In this document: positions 51,409 to 62,967 of the stretch, in pieces
Layout of the letters: each line of letters starts with the position of its first letter
Numbering within the stretch: position 1 is the first letter of the stretch
Origin: Stylophora pistillata
Lineage: Eukaryota
Direction: 5' to 3'
Assembly (NCBI RefSeq): GCF_002571385.2
Contig: NW_019217919.1
Span: forward strand, 230,265 to 294,264
DNA length: 64,000 nucleotides
Notes under the pieces: model-generated
The model's input: only the letters and a program-made list of their open reading frames with translations
The model's database searches: none
What the model was told of the DNA's origin: nothing
Program-made: the position numbers and the translations under genes

Positions 51409-54400
51409 TTAGCTGTTAGAAGGTGAATCTGAGTCTGCTTCTTTGCTTAAGATAACTTTCCTGTAAGGATCTTCGGTAGAGTAACCTTCAGTCTGAAAAT
51501 TATGATGTGAATAGTCCCACGCCTGTCCGTAATCGTAATTACTACACCCATTATAATAATCAGAACAATTCCAATATGCCTCTGAGGTTTGACCATTTTC
51601 ATTGTTGCTGTATTCAGAAAGCTGAGTGGTTTCTTCATCACTTTTCTTTGTGTTTTCAGGATAGAGAGCCTCTACTTTCTTGAGGGCTTCGTCTAACCTC
51701 GTACAATCTGTGTAAACATTTTGGAGAACCTCGGCCTAAAGAAAAAAAATATAGTTATAATTTGGCGATAGAATTATCAAGACATTTTCAGTAGTTAATT
51801 TACTCAATATTTCGTAAAAAAAAAACCCTTCTTAATTGTTGAAATGTAACAAAATCTAAGAATAAATAACTTAAAACATTGAAATGAATGAGAGGAATTC
51901 AGTTAAGTGTTTGATAATCAGTAATTAACAAGATCAGAGGACCGCGTCGCTATGTCCAATGCTTCAATACCAATAAGACGACTGCTTCTAGTGTTCCATC
52001 GGTGAGGCGTGATTATTTGAATAAACGTTCTTAATGCGCTGGGCGGAACATTAGTAAAATATTCTGTGCCGGTTATGCTATTTCAGGTTATAACCGGGAG
52101 CAGAGAAAAGTCGTTTTTAAAACAGTATCTGAAGTTGACGGAACGATTGCAAAATTTTTTAAACGTTTTCCTCTAAATCAATCATTACCAATGTATGTTT
52201 CAGTGGGGAGATTGAAAAATCTTTGAGACTTAATAATTAAATGATTACAACTCTCTGGTGGATTTAAGTGACTGCTATACCTGCTCAACTTGCTCCCTTG
52301 TCAAAGGGCCGGATTCCACAGGGTACTGATTGTCTGTGTTCGGATAAGGCCCTGTTACCTGAGCACCTGATGGCTGAGTGGGACGTGACAGAGCTTTCTG
52401 AAGTAACCCTCGTTCTGTGGCCGCCTCAAGCACTCTATGTTTAGATCGCAACAACTCCTGAACGAACATGAAGCAAATTTTAGTTTAAAATTTTCCATCA
52501 TCCACCTTAGACTTTTACAGAATTCCGTCTCTCTGTTTTTTCTCACCAACTCAAAAAGAAGAGAAAAGATGCCTAGTTTAACAGTAGCTGACAAACAGAC
52601 TAGTAATGAGCTAGTGGAGTACCTCTCTTCGTGCTTTTGGATTCGGATCGTCGTAAGCCCACCGTACATTCAGCAACTCTCTGTTGTCCAGCTTTTGATC
52701 TGACATGGCAATCTAAAGAAACAAATAATCTGACATGGTTTTCTTATAAAAGTGCAAACTGCATTGTAACTCATTAGCTATTGTCACAGGCTCTCTGCAT
52801 TTATGGCGTTATTTTATTTTTCAACATAATTTTTCTGCAGGAACTTATCTTTCCAAAGCAAGGACTATCCACCAAACCCACAAAAATTAAATCTTAACAC
52901 ATTTTTATGTTACACGACAAATGACGGACAGCGCACAGGAGAAAAAGATAACCTATCATTGAACTCCTTTCTCTCACCTTCGCAAATTCAGCATTTACTC
53001 TGTTCTTGTAACGTACAAATGCTATGTTGCGTTTGTGTATTATTCTTATGTCCTGCAGAATTTGTATAAAACAAAAACAATTACTTTTAAAGTACCAAGG
53101 CAATTTTAAGTCCATGTCCACTGAGAAAAATTCACCACAAAATCAATGGGTGAGAAAAAAAACTTAAATTTAAAACCAATTCAAATGTTTTTTTCTCACT
53201 TTAATTGTTTGAGAAATAAAAGGTCAATAAACTTCAAACCAAAGTTCAGCATATCTAGAAAATGTACTTCAAAAAAGCATCACTATTTTCTAACCCCGTA
53301 TTCTTTTGATAAACAATTTATTTTGTATCAATTTAACTATAAGCCACCTATTTGTTCAAATTAGTCATGCAATTCTAACATGTCCAACTTAAAGAGATGC
53401 CTGAAGAGCATAAAAATGTGACATTAACCTCAATTTCACCCCACTCCCCAAACTCCTTCCACAAAAGTTTCTCCAGAGTTGTTCGACAGCCCAGGCCTCC
53501 TACGTAAAGTGTTCTACATTCTTTGTCAAATGTACCAACCCCTCCCATGTCTTCCTTGTGAAGTCGATGACGTTCTCGGCCAAAAACATCATGGGCTAGA
53601 TCGATTCTAGATAAGTTAGGAAAGCAAATTCCATTGTTAAACCTCTGCCTAATTAAGACACGTTCAATATAACATCCATCTGATATGGCTAGTGTGTATC
53701 ACTACAAATGTACAACTCAGTCAATGTACACCTGCTAATAACTTTATTATAATTATAAGCATGCTAATATTATTACCACTGACCTCTTATCATCTTTATC
53801 AGTAGGTATAACATGCAGATAACCACATTCAGAACCCAGATGACAAGAGCCTTTGGCAAAATAAATGCAGTAATAATGCTTGTTTCCACCAGGATCATAA
53901 ATATTTGCCTTGGTGAATCCTGCATCTGTTTCTATGCAGCATTTCGTCTCCGATGGCCCTATTACAAAACAAGTGAAAAAGGTTACGCAGTTTCTAGTCA
54001 AGTCTTAAGTTTCTCTCTTTCTCTTGATAGCCTAGCAAATGTTGTTTCATAATTGCCACTCCACTGAAAAAAAAATTCAGTCTTACACTTGAATACTTGA
54101 ATAGATCTGTTGCAATTGAATGTGTTGTATATATCTCCCATTTCAATTTCTGGCTTTGTTTCCACACTTCCCTTTTCCTATTTACTCCTCTTAACTTCTA
54201 CGCTGTCCTAATAGCCCTTATCGCATTTGTGTCTGCAATGCAAAGGGTCCACGGAGTTACAGTTTCAGGACAAGGTTAGCAGGTCAATGTTTCTCGAGAA
54301 ACACCAGAAACACTCTATGTCTGATCGTATAACTCTAGAATCTGCGTTTTTCTCTGCCGAGGAAAAGGTTAAAATTCTTAGTGGTAATTGTCCTGGCATC

Positions 54401-56159
54401 ACGAAAGGAAAATTGAAAGAATGGTTGTAATTTTAGAAAGAAATGGCAAAATTTTGTCGCGTTTGTTCATGACTACGGTTATTGTTTCTTTGTTGGCCTT
54501 TTTGAGGTTTAACTCAGAGTCACGTTTCAAGGCCCTAAGCGCCTTGCGTTTGGCTGGAAGCAAATTATCTTTTGGCTTTGTAATTTCTATTTCTGAAAGG
54601 TCACTTTTAACCTCTTCTAAATAGCTTTCAAGGGCTACTGATTTTTGCATTCGTGGTAACCATGTAGATTTGACGTGGCAGGGATGGGTTTTTTTTGTCT
54701 TCCCCTCAGAATGTGTAAATCAGACGCATTCTCCTTGTGAACTGATCAAAGTCACCCAATAGTTCTTGTCTGATCTGTTTTTGTTTTGTAGTGGGTGTTG
54801 GAATGAATTTAAGCCCTTTTGTCAGTAAATTAATCTGGTCGTTTGTAAGTTCTTTATTTGAGAGGTTTTTTATGTGCGTTTTGTTCGCCTCTAGTTTGAT
54901 AGTTGAGCATGTTTGGCAAGACCACGGTTTCGATCCTAATCTTGTGGATCTCATCAGTTGCTGATTCACTGAATAGACTGTTGCACCCGTACGCAATACA
55001 ATGTCTAACCATGACGAGAGCACACTGTATCCTTAAGAAAATGAATAAAAATGCCTCCAAACGTAGCTGCCTGCTTCGATTTTACTTGAAAGTTTTACCT
55101 GTGTGACCCGATAACCTCATTTCGAAACTTCAAAGTCTGCTGAGCTCTCGTACAGTGGGCGTAAATGCAATAAGGGCTATTCATCACTCCTTTTCATATA
55201 AACCCTTTCCACTTAAAGTAGCAGTATAGGGATTTTTTTTCTTCTCAAAGTCCTTCTCTTGTTGACTTTTTTGTTTCGGAATCTATCCACGGAATATTAT
55301 TTGATAACACTTCCTTTCTAATACATTGATTCTTTCAAGATAGTCTTTCTAAGTGTCCATGCCTCACACCCTTGTGTACTCATGGAGTAGGTAACCAATC
55401 CCATGGCAAACATCCATGTTTAAGAAATGTCCAGGAAGTATTTGGGCTTCCCTTTCCCAACCCCTTCCTAAGAGATAGCACTAAATAATATTGCTTCAAA
55501 CCATGTGAAGCCCTGATATTACAGCGGTTAGGGTTAGGGAAAGGAACATTGGGGGCTCGCATGGCTAGAAGCAATGTTACCCAATGCATTCCCTTCCAAG
55601 GTGTCAGAAGTCTTTCTCATCACTAACCGTGATCTTTGTCGTTCCGCCAGTGTTCTCCTACCCATCGATCGTACCATATATTGTACTCTGTGGCCCCTTC
55701 GGGAATCCAGTGCAACTTTTCTTTTTCTTCAGGATCGATCTGTCGACGAGCTGGCCTCGTTAGCAGTCTCTCAACCTTAGCTTCTAAATCAGTGGCAGTT
55801 TGTTTTACATTTTCCTTCGGATGATCATTGTTCGTTGTACCATCTGCTGTTCCGTTATAAAATCCTTGATAATAATATTGGTTCGCTGGAATAAACAGAG
55901 GATGAATAGAATCCCACTCAGTCGGTTTCTCCCATTGAGTTCTATAATCGCTAATGTTTTGATAGTAGTAGAGTCCACTATTCCAGTCGAACATAGCTAT
56001 CCAAGGACCGCGTTGTTCGTAAAACTGTGGGAAAAATGAAGAATCCGTGCTATGAACAGTCGTTTTTTCGTGTGTTGTTGTAGTTCCCTGCCTTTTAGGC
56101 TGCAAAGTTGATATATTTTCAAGATCAATGTCATCCTCTACCTTACGTTTGGCCGCCAT
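51409..56159 (-). CDS. CWC2: Cwc2/Cwf2-type pre-mRNA splicing factor (Torus/CCCH + RRM) with N-terminal WW domain, 517 aa
   Basis: Exons 56159-55628, 53958-53784, 53606-53429, 53052-52978, 52712-52623, 52457-52281, 51735-51409 (1554 nt, in phase). Motifs PARRQ, YNIWYDRW, CIYFAKGSCHLGSECGYLH, DVFGRERH..EDMGGVGTF, RTLYVGG, NAEFAKIAMSDQ, VRWAYDDPNP. Confidence 0.9.
54210..55181. mobile_element. Composite: TIR element with a THAP-like start, containing a Penelope 5' fragment (-)
   Basis: TIRs AATAGCCCTTATyGCATTT at both ends, loosely extending ~70 bp. MVRHCIAYGCNS starts at 55012 (-). PLE N-terminal motifs NLSNKELT..LLTKGLKFIP and LKKANKETITVVM at ~54890-54450. Confidence 0.75.
54916..54961 (-). 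ncRNA. Minimal type I hammerhead ribozyme
   Basis: (-) GCAA-CTGATGA-GATCC[ACAAGATTA]GGATC-GAAA-CCGTGG-TC^TTGC: canonical core, 5-bp stem II, 4-bp stem I, GUC cleavage triplet, directly 5' of the Penelope ORF remnant. Confidence 0.85.
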
Positions 56160-56957
56160 GTTTAACTTTGACCGCGAAGCCGCTGACCGTTTTTGTGCAA
56201 GGCGGCTGCTCGCTGTTGCTGTTATCAAATGAACTGCTCGCGGCGTGTTACCTCTTCCAAGTACAGAATGAATCTCCTGATTTCCTGTACAATTCACAAA
56301 AATTCCTAGATGAATGAAAAATTTAATATTCCTTATATAAAGAGGGGGGAAGGAGCTATTATGTGATATAGGATTAAGTGTTTTTTTAGTTTTCATAACC
56401 AGTGAAAATAAGAAATTAAAACCCCGAGGACTGTGAAGCATTAACTTTAAGGTTGTTTAAGGATTTTCCGTGATACATTATTTCTACTTTTTGATGCACA
56501 TTAAATGTGAGCAGGACCCCACTTTACCACTATACAAAGGTTGGATTTATTGCCATTAAAAATAATTGTTTTTCTTTCTTTTCAAGGATAGTCATACTTG
56601 AAACATTTTTTTTATTTTTCCCAATTTAGATCATGTGCTTCTACTGCAGTGATTTTCAGTGAGCAGAGACTGCAAAAATGTTCAACTAATAAAATTAAGG
56701 GAGAGGGGTGCACTGCAAGGATAACATTGTCAAACATCTTTAGGTTTCACATTCCCACACATTGGCATCTCTGTTTTCATCTACTTGTTCAGCTGTTTAC
56801 TTATGAATTGGTTTGTTTAGTTATTTATAAAACTAATAATCACCCTATTAAAATTTGAAAAAAAAAATTCTGAATCACGGTTTGATCCCTTTTTCCAAAA
56901 CAATGACAGCAGCTTTCCAAAGGGGTCTGTTTTTAAAATAAAATTGTATTTTATTCC

Positions 56958-58640
56958 TCAGAAACCACCATTTATTTTTCTTACACCAATAAGCTTATCT
57001 GTACTCAGAAGTTGTGATATGCATTGCAAGACACTCTGCCAGAGCAAGAATTTTCCTTGAAGAGGCTCAAAAATCTCACACTCTTGAGGATTTAATGATG
57101 TACCTGTCTTTGAATCTATCCCTAACAACAATCCATCTTTCTTCCAAGACCACTCCATCTCATTCAAACAGTAAATGAAGTTTTCCTTTTGATGAGACAT
57201 GGAAAATGAATTTTGATGGAGGAACCTTGGTATGGTTTGCAATGCACTGCTCAGGATTTCCAAAGCCTGTGATAAATTTGAGTCTTTTGCACACTGAGAA
57301 ATTTTTTTCAAAGAAAAATTTAAGGCCAGTTCACATGCACCAGCACCTGGAAGAAAGAGTAACTTCCTTCCATCTTTGCTAAAAGACATTTTGATACATT
57401 TTAGTGCATGGTGAAGGGCAATGTAATACTGCTTACATAATCCTTGTGCTGGAGAACAAAGCAGTATGCTGCAAGGAGAGAATTTGCAGCTTGATAAATC
57501 GAACTCAAGCTGGACAAATCTATGATGACCTGTTATGTGAAGATCACACGAAACACCCTTTCCAACAAAGAGTTCTGATAGACTGTCTTCACCAACATTG
57601 TTGATGGCAAGCATTCCTGTACACTTGCATATGTAGTTGACATACTCCTGAGGAATGTTGCTAACTACAGCAATGCCATACTGCCTGCAGAAATGCAAGG
57701 CTAAGTCTGGTACATCCTCTGAGGACAGAATCAGTTTAATTTTATGTTCATGAAATGTGGTGATTACTTTTTCTACTTGGTTTCTTTTCCACTGAACACT
57801 TAAAAATAAAATGGTTTTATCATTCATTTGAATTGTTGATGATGTCTGTGGTCCCAAGAAGTCAAACCTACAGTTCATGATAACAAACATGAATGCATGA
57901 GAAGTTTTAAGCACTCCTTCTTGTTCAGTGGAAAATCCACGTGGTATTATTATTCCAGTTTTCAAATGGGAAGAATAAACTGGAACACCAGGAATTTCTA
58001 TACAGATCTGAGCAAATTCATCAATTACATGTAAAAGTGAGTCCTGCAGGGAAACAGCTGATGATTTCCAAGTATCCATAACAACCTGGCAAAGAAGTTC
58101 AACAAAGTTCGAAACCAAACTGGACGGAAATTTTCCATTAAGCGTTGTGATAAGAAGTCTAATCATTCTCTGTTTTATAAGCGAGGAATCCTCGGCCTTG
58201 ACATCCGTAGTTACTGCGATCCCGTTCAGAACTGAAGCAACAACTTCGTGTTCAAGTAAGTTTGATTCAAGTTTGTAAAAAGCTCGAGATAAAGCGACTA
58301 AAGTTTGTCTTGGGTGAATTGATAAAGTTTCGTTGGGAACATAATTATCTCTCATTCCTGTAATAGAAACAACTTCCCGTAGAACTGATGATAAAAGCAA
58401 CACGAATGACGTTGCGCCGTCTCCAGAGATTGAGGAGAAGGAAACAATTTTGTCGACAATAGTTCGACCGATAGGATTTTCTATATTCAAGGATCTCAAA
58501 ATTAGCGCACCATTATTGGTAACAAGTGTTTCTCCTGAAGATGAATTCAGCATGACATCAAGTCCGTTCGGTCCAAATGTTCCCTTCAAAATCCCTTCCA
58601 AAGTCTCACAAACTTTGAGCGCTTCTTCTGGGACCGCCAT
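56958..58640 (-). CDS. BBS10: Bardet-Biedl syndrome 10 chaperonin-like protein, single exon, 560 aa
   Basis: Group II chaperonin-like with N-terminus ALKVCETLEGIL..FGPNG..GETLVTNNG..ENPIGRTIV..GDGATSF. The GDGA motif in place of GDGT(T) matches BBS10 better than CCT subunits or MKKS. ATG at 58640. Confidence 0.85.
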   Translation of the reverse strand: MAVPEEALKVCETLEGILKGTFGPNGLDVMLNSSSGETLVTNNGALILRSLNIENPIGRTIVDKIVSFSSISGDGATSFVLLLSSVLREVVSITGMRDNYVPNETLSIHPRQTLVALSRAFYKLESNLLEHEVVASVLNGIAVTTDVKAEDSSLIKQRMIRLLITTLNGKFPSSLVSNFVELLCQVVMDTWKSSAVSLQDSLLHVIDEFAQICIEIPGVPVYSSHLKTGIIIPRGFSTEQEGVLKTSHAFMFVIMNCRFDFLGPQTSSTIQMNDKTILFLSVQWKRNQVEKVITTFHEHKIKLILSSEDVPDLALHFCRQYGIAVVSNIPQEYVNYICKCTGMLAINNVGEDSLSELFVGKGVSCDLHITGHHRFVQLEFDLSSCKFSPCSILLCSPAQGLCKQYYIALHHALKCIKMSFSKDGRKLLFLPGAGACELALNFSLKKISQCAKDSNLSQALEILSSALQTIPRFLHQNSFSMSHQKENFIYCLNEMEWSWKKDGLLLGIDSKTGTSLNPQECEIFEPLQGKFLLWQSVLQCISQLLSTDKLIGVRKINGGF

Positions 58641-59085
58641 GTTGAACTTGAGCCGTCTTTCCTTACAACCTTTGGCCAGCGTTGTTTCAAGTCCAAAGCT
58701 CCCGGATTTGAAACAGAAATGGCCGTCATTACTTTTGTTCGAAAGGCGCGAGATTTTCTTTGAAAAACTCAACAACAACAGTAGATGTTGTCGTTGAAGC
58801 TGTCTCGCACGCAAAACGGCTTCGCTTAACTCTATACAGCTCAGGATCAACCTCGTCGCCGAACTACTAACTAACGTGTTGTGTTTCTTCTCGTTGCGTC
58901 ATCGGCTCAATCTCATGTCAAACTTGATTGTTCTAAAAGTCACACCGGCCAGGAGTGTTGCTGATATTCGGCGTAGGGTAAAATATAATTGCTTATGAAG
59001 AACCACTTTCCATTAAGGTGTAGTCGACGTTAATATCCACATGGAATATGATACGACCCTTCATCAGCTGTGTTTTTTTGTGTGT

Positions 59086-59098
59086 GTGGCCTGGTAAC
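59086..59098. promoter_or_regulatory. Candidate RFX X-box in the BBS10 / RUN-gene divergent promoter
   Basis: GTGGCC-T-GGTAAC fits GTNRCC(N0-3)RGYAAC within the 515-bp intergenic region. Confidence 0.35.
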
Positions 59099-59155
59099 AC
59101 GATCCGTTCGCGATTCGCACAGACTTGAACAGCGTTAAGTTTGGAGTCTAATGAC

Positions 59156-61759
59156 ATGCAGGACTCGCACGATTCTGAACGTGACGAACTGTTTCAAAAT
59201 CTATCTTGTGCAGTTCAAGAGGTAAGATTAATTTTAAAAGCATTCCCATAAGCATCGTTCTCTTGACGTTTCAGAACAAAATCTTCCTTTTGGAAGATCT
59301 CCAGTTAAAATTGATAGAGGAAGATTACCTATCAGCTGACTTGGTATTGTAATTGGGAAATTATAACTAAGAGGCAGGTATCATTTTTAACATTAATGGA
59401 ATGTAATTGAAATATTGAAACATCTTTCACAGGTGAGCCTTTAATGTAGAAACTTCCTTCCGCAATTCAAGTTTAGTATTTTGGCTGTGATCGATTCACG
59501 TGCTTATATGCAATGTCACTTTCACATTCACTTGTGATGAGAAGAAAGGCAAAAAGTATCAAAACTTGAACTAGATGTTTTTAGGATTTGAAAGAAGAAA
59601 GCACTGTAACAGGCAATTCAACATCGATTTTTTTTTTCTAACCATTTTCACTGCATTATTGCAGTAGGACTAAAATGGAACATATGCGAACCATGCGAGT
59701 AGTCCACCCAATAAATCCCACCCATCCCACCCCAGGGGAGGACATCCATCACACAGTAATCTCGTGCGTGGGAAATTAACGGGGATGGGACCTCTATTTA
59801 TTCGTCCTTATCCAAGAAGACTAGAATATTTAACCATTACTTGATGTTATAGAAAGGTAGCATATTATTCTCAATTATTGTAAGACCTTGAGTGTTGGTC
59901 CGGCCGGGGCTTGAACCCTCAACCTCCCGCACAACAGTCCAGCGCTCTATCCATTGAGCTAACAGGGAGGCAGTTTCTTGACTGTTTTAGATCCTTGCAA
60001 TGGCAGTTTGAAACTACTTTTAACTACTTTCAACCACTTTCATAGGAAATAATGTGATGAGTTCATATATGTAAATATCCACAATAACCACCAGATAATC
60101 TTGGTTTACCAGATTGAGTATCACATTCAGTAATTCTATTAAATTCTCTTTTTTTTCTTAAACTCCAAAGCTAGTCAAGTGTCAGTCCATTAAATTTTTG
60201 CTTGAGTATTGCTTGTATTCAATCCCTTCAAAGAAGCTGAGAATGGAAGCAAACCAGTTTGCTTTCTGTGAATTTATTGGGCTGAAAACTTGAAGAGTAT
60301 CCCTCATTATGATCCATCAAATAATTTTGTTTGTGCACAATTTGTCCAAATGCATCGTATGATCTTATATTCCTCAGCTGAAATCAGGGATATCCAAGGA
60401 TATCACTCAAGGGGGGTAAAATAGTGGCAGGAAAGTGGCAGTAAACTTTTGAAACCAGAAGAAATTTACTATAATGGAAAGTCCCAGGGAAATTGGGAAT
60501 ACGTTATGTGTCTCAATTCAATTTGTTCTTAAACCCAGCACTTGGATAAGTTTCCCCTAAAATTTGCCACTTTGATTCCACAGACAAGTCATGTATATTT
60601 AAGTGGAGTTAAGCTCTTTGAAATTGAGTGTCTAGCTTAACAATGTAACACAATGCGAGTCATAGTAAATGCTAGCTCCATGTTTTTATTCGAATTGCTT
60701 AAAAGAACAACTGAAATACAAGGCATGCCCAAGGGTACAAAAAATCTTCAACATTTGCATTTCTCAGATTCAAGGGCGTGTTGCTCAAGGGTACAGCGTG
60801 ATATGGAATTGCAGTGCTGTTGACAAATTATGTTTCTGTATGGAGGACGTCTTTAATCATGGACTTAAGGAAGGGTTTGTATAATTATGTTCCAAGTGAA
60901 GTCTCTATGATGCACTCATCATAATACATTCTTACACTTTGGATCAGTTGAATTCATTGACCAGTCTGCCTAACAGTCTCAAATTAATTAATTGATTTGT
61001 TTCTTGCAGGCTGCTGAGCTGGGCTTCTAGCAACCAAGTTTCCTTTTGGTCACTGGCAAACAATATTACTTGTAAAAAAGATATTGAAGATATCAAGAGG
61101 TACCAAGACCAAGATACTTAAAGGGATGTACTTAGATCAATGCATTGCAAAATTTTAAATTTTTGAGACACATGCAGGATGTATCTCCTCTTTATACAAG
61201 TGGAAATTGTTGTAATACATCAATCAATTCAAAGCTTCAACTTAACTCCTTTGCTTTTCAACTTTTGGAGATTGGTTTGTTCTAATTCCAAGCACAATTT
61301 TTTTTTGAATGATTCTCTGTGTGATCAACAAATTAAGCAAAGCCAAGTACTAGTTTTTGACAGTGCAACTGTTGGGTTTTTCATTTGTAAGCATCATTCA
61401 ATGCTGTTAAATTTTTCTCCGAGCCATTGGCTCATGGAAGTAACCTCTTTACCTTTAACTCGTCTAAATTTAATATAAAAACACATGACATGTAGTCTGC
61501 TGGTTCAAATATCCCAACTCCACCCAGTCAAATGCCAGTGGTTTGCCTGGAATGGAGGGGTGGGGGGAAATGGTAATGCTTCAAATTGAGCAACACATAA
61601 CCAGGTAATTGTTTTGATTTTTTTTGCCTTTTTTTTTTTAAACAGACTACAACTGAAATGTGAACAGGAGAAATGTTTGGCTTGGATAAGACAAGGACTG
61701 AAGGAAAATACACTTGGAAGCTACATAAATGTTATTACACAAGATGAAAAGCTCCTTAG
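59156..61759 (+). CDS. RUN-domain protein (PLEKHM/SNX29-like N-terminus), 3'-partial
   Basis: Exons 59156-59221, 60768-60874, 61010-61099, 61646-61759 in phase: ..LCFCMEDVFNHGLK..FWSL..CLAWIRQGLKENTLGSYI, matching the RUN blocks. Confidence 0.85.
59716..59972 (-). mobile_element. tRNA-derived SINE (family A)
   Basis: Reverse-complement copy of 15912-16190 with a small internal deletion. Confidence 0.85.
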
Positions 61760-61929
61760 GTTTGAAATACATGTGTATTTAATTGGTAATTCAAATAATG
61801 AATAAAAGACCCAAGCAATTGTTACTCTTAACTTCCATTAATTTATTTAATTTAGAGTTTATTTGGATTTACACACGACCCCGCAAGCTGTCCAGCTTTA
61901 AACATTACTGTGTCTAAATAATTAAAAGG

Positions 61930-61930
<1 letters not shown>

Positions 61931-61963
<33 letters not shown>

Positions 61964-61980
61964 GTTATTATTATTATTAT
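61931..61980. repeat. (ATT)n microsatellite
   Basis: About 16 ATT units. Confidence 0.9.
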
Positions 61981-62744
61981 GATCGTGTCCAAGACAGAAT
62001 TTCTCCTTACTATATCAACACAATATCAAACAAATATGTGATGAGAATAAAAAGAAATTCCAATTAGAGGATTATTCATTCTCTCAATTAGCATCATAAA
62101 ATTGTTTGGAAGACAGTGTTAAGGAAGGAAAAAATTAATGCTGATTTACATGGCAGTTTTTTGCCAATGATGTATGTAATACTGATTCCAGTCATGTCAC
62201 CCTTTATATCCCAAAATCAATATGCTTTTACATGAATGGTTGCTATACCATTCTCCATACATTTTCTATGATACTGACACAGACAATTTGTGTGACAATT
62301 GATAAATGGGTGATTGTTTGCTTAATTCCTGTGACCTTAATGTTTGAATCAGCAGTGATATTGTTTGGAGAAATCAGCTGTTGGTCACTCTCAGGGAATC
62401 AAGGGTTACTAATTCATTTCAAGTCATTTTTTTTTTAAGTAATTGCATAAATACATGTTAACTCTGCTAATTATTTTAATGCACATGAAATTAAGCAGAT
62501 TGCACTTTGAAACCCAGTCCATGCCTGTAGTGTGTTATTGAGAAATTCTAGACTTTATTATTTCATTGATACATTATTTTAGTGCATTAAGGCTATGGAA
62601 TGTACAAAATATGCAATGGAATTACACTGTAGAACAGGGCAAAAATATGGTGGAAACAATCCATGTGATCTTTGATTTCTTTTCTGTTTTTTACACATTT
62701 TTTTCAGCAATGGACTTTAAAGCCTACAAGGATTTATTTTGGTC

Positions 62745-62967
62745 ATACCTACATTACTTGACCACTCCCCATAGGGGCTTTTCAGGGCCAATTCCCACCC
62801 ATCCCACCCCAGGGGAGGACATCCACCACACAGTAATCTTGTGCGTGGGAAATTAACGTCTCCTACCCCTAACCCTGCTGGAGACAGGGCCTACGGTTTA
62901 TTCGTCCTTATCTGAGAAGACTAGAATATCTATCCATTTTTTGATCATAGAAAGGTAGCAAATTCTC
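62745..62967 (-). mobile_element. tRNA-derived SINE (family A), head lost in the gap
   Basis: Body matches the other copies and also shows an extended 3' end (GGCCCTGAAAAGCCCCTATGGGGAGTGGTC on -). Confidence 0.8.

Noticed and set aside
55527-55540. Interstitial telomere (TTAGGG)2
   Set aside because: Only two units, embedded in repeat-like sequence; the similar CCCTAACCCT in the SINE copies is part of that element.
58641-58850. 70-aa N-terminal extension of BBS10 in the ORF track
   Set aside because: Begins at a non-ATG codon; homology and start context begin at ATG 58640.
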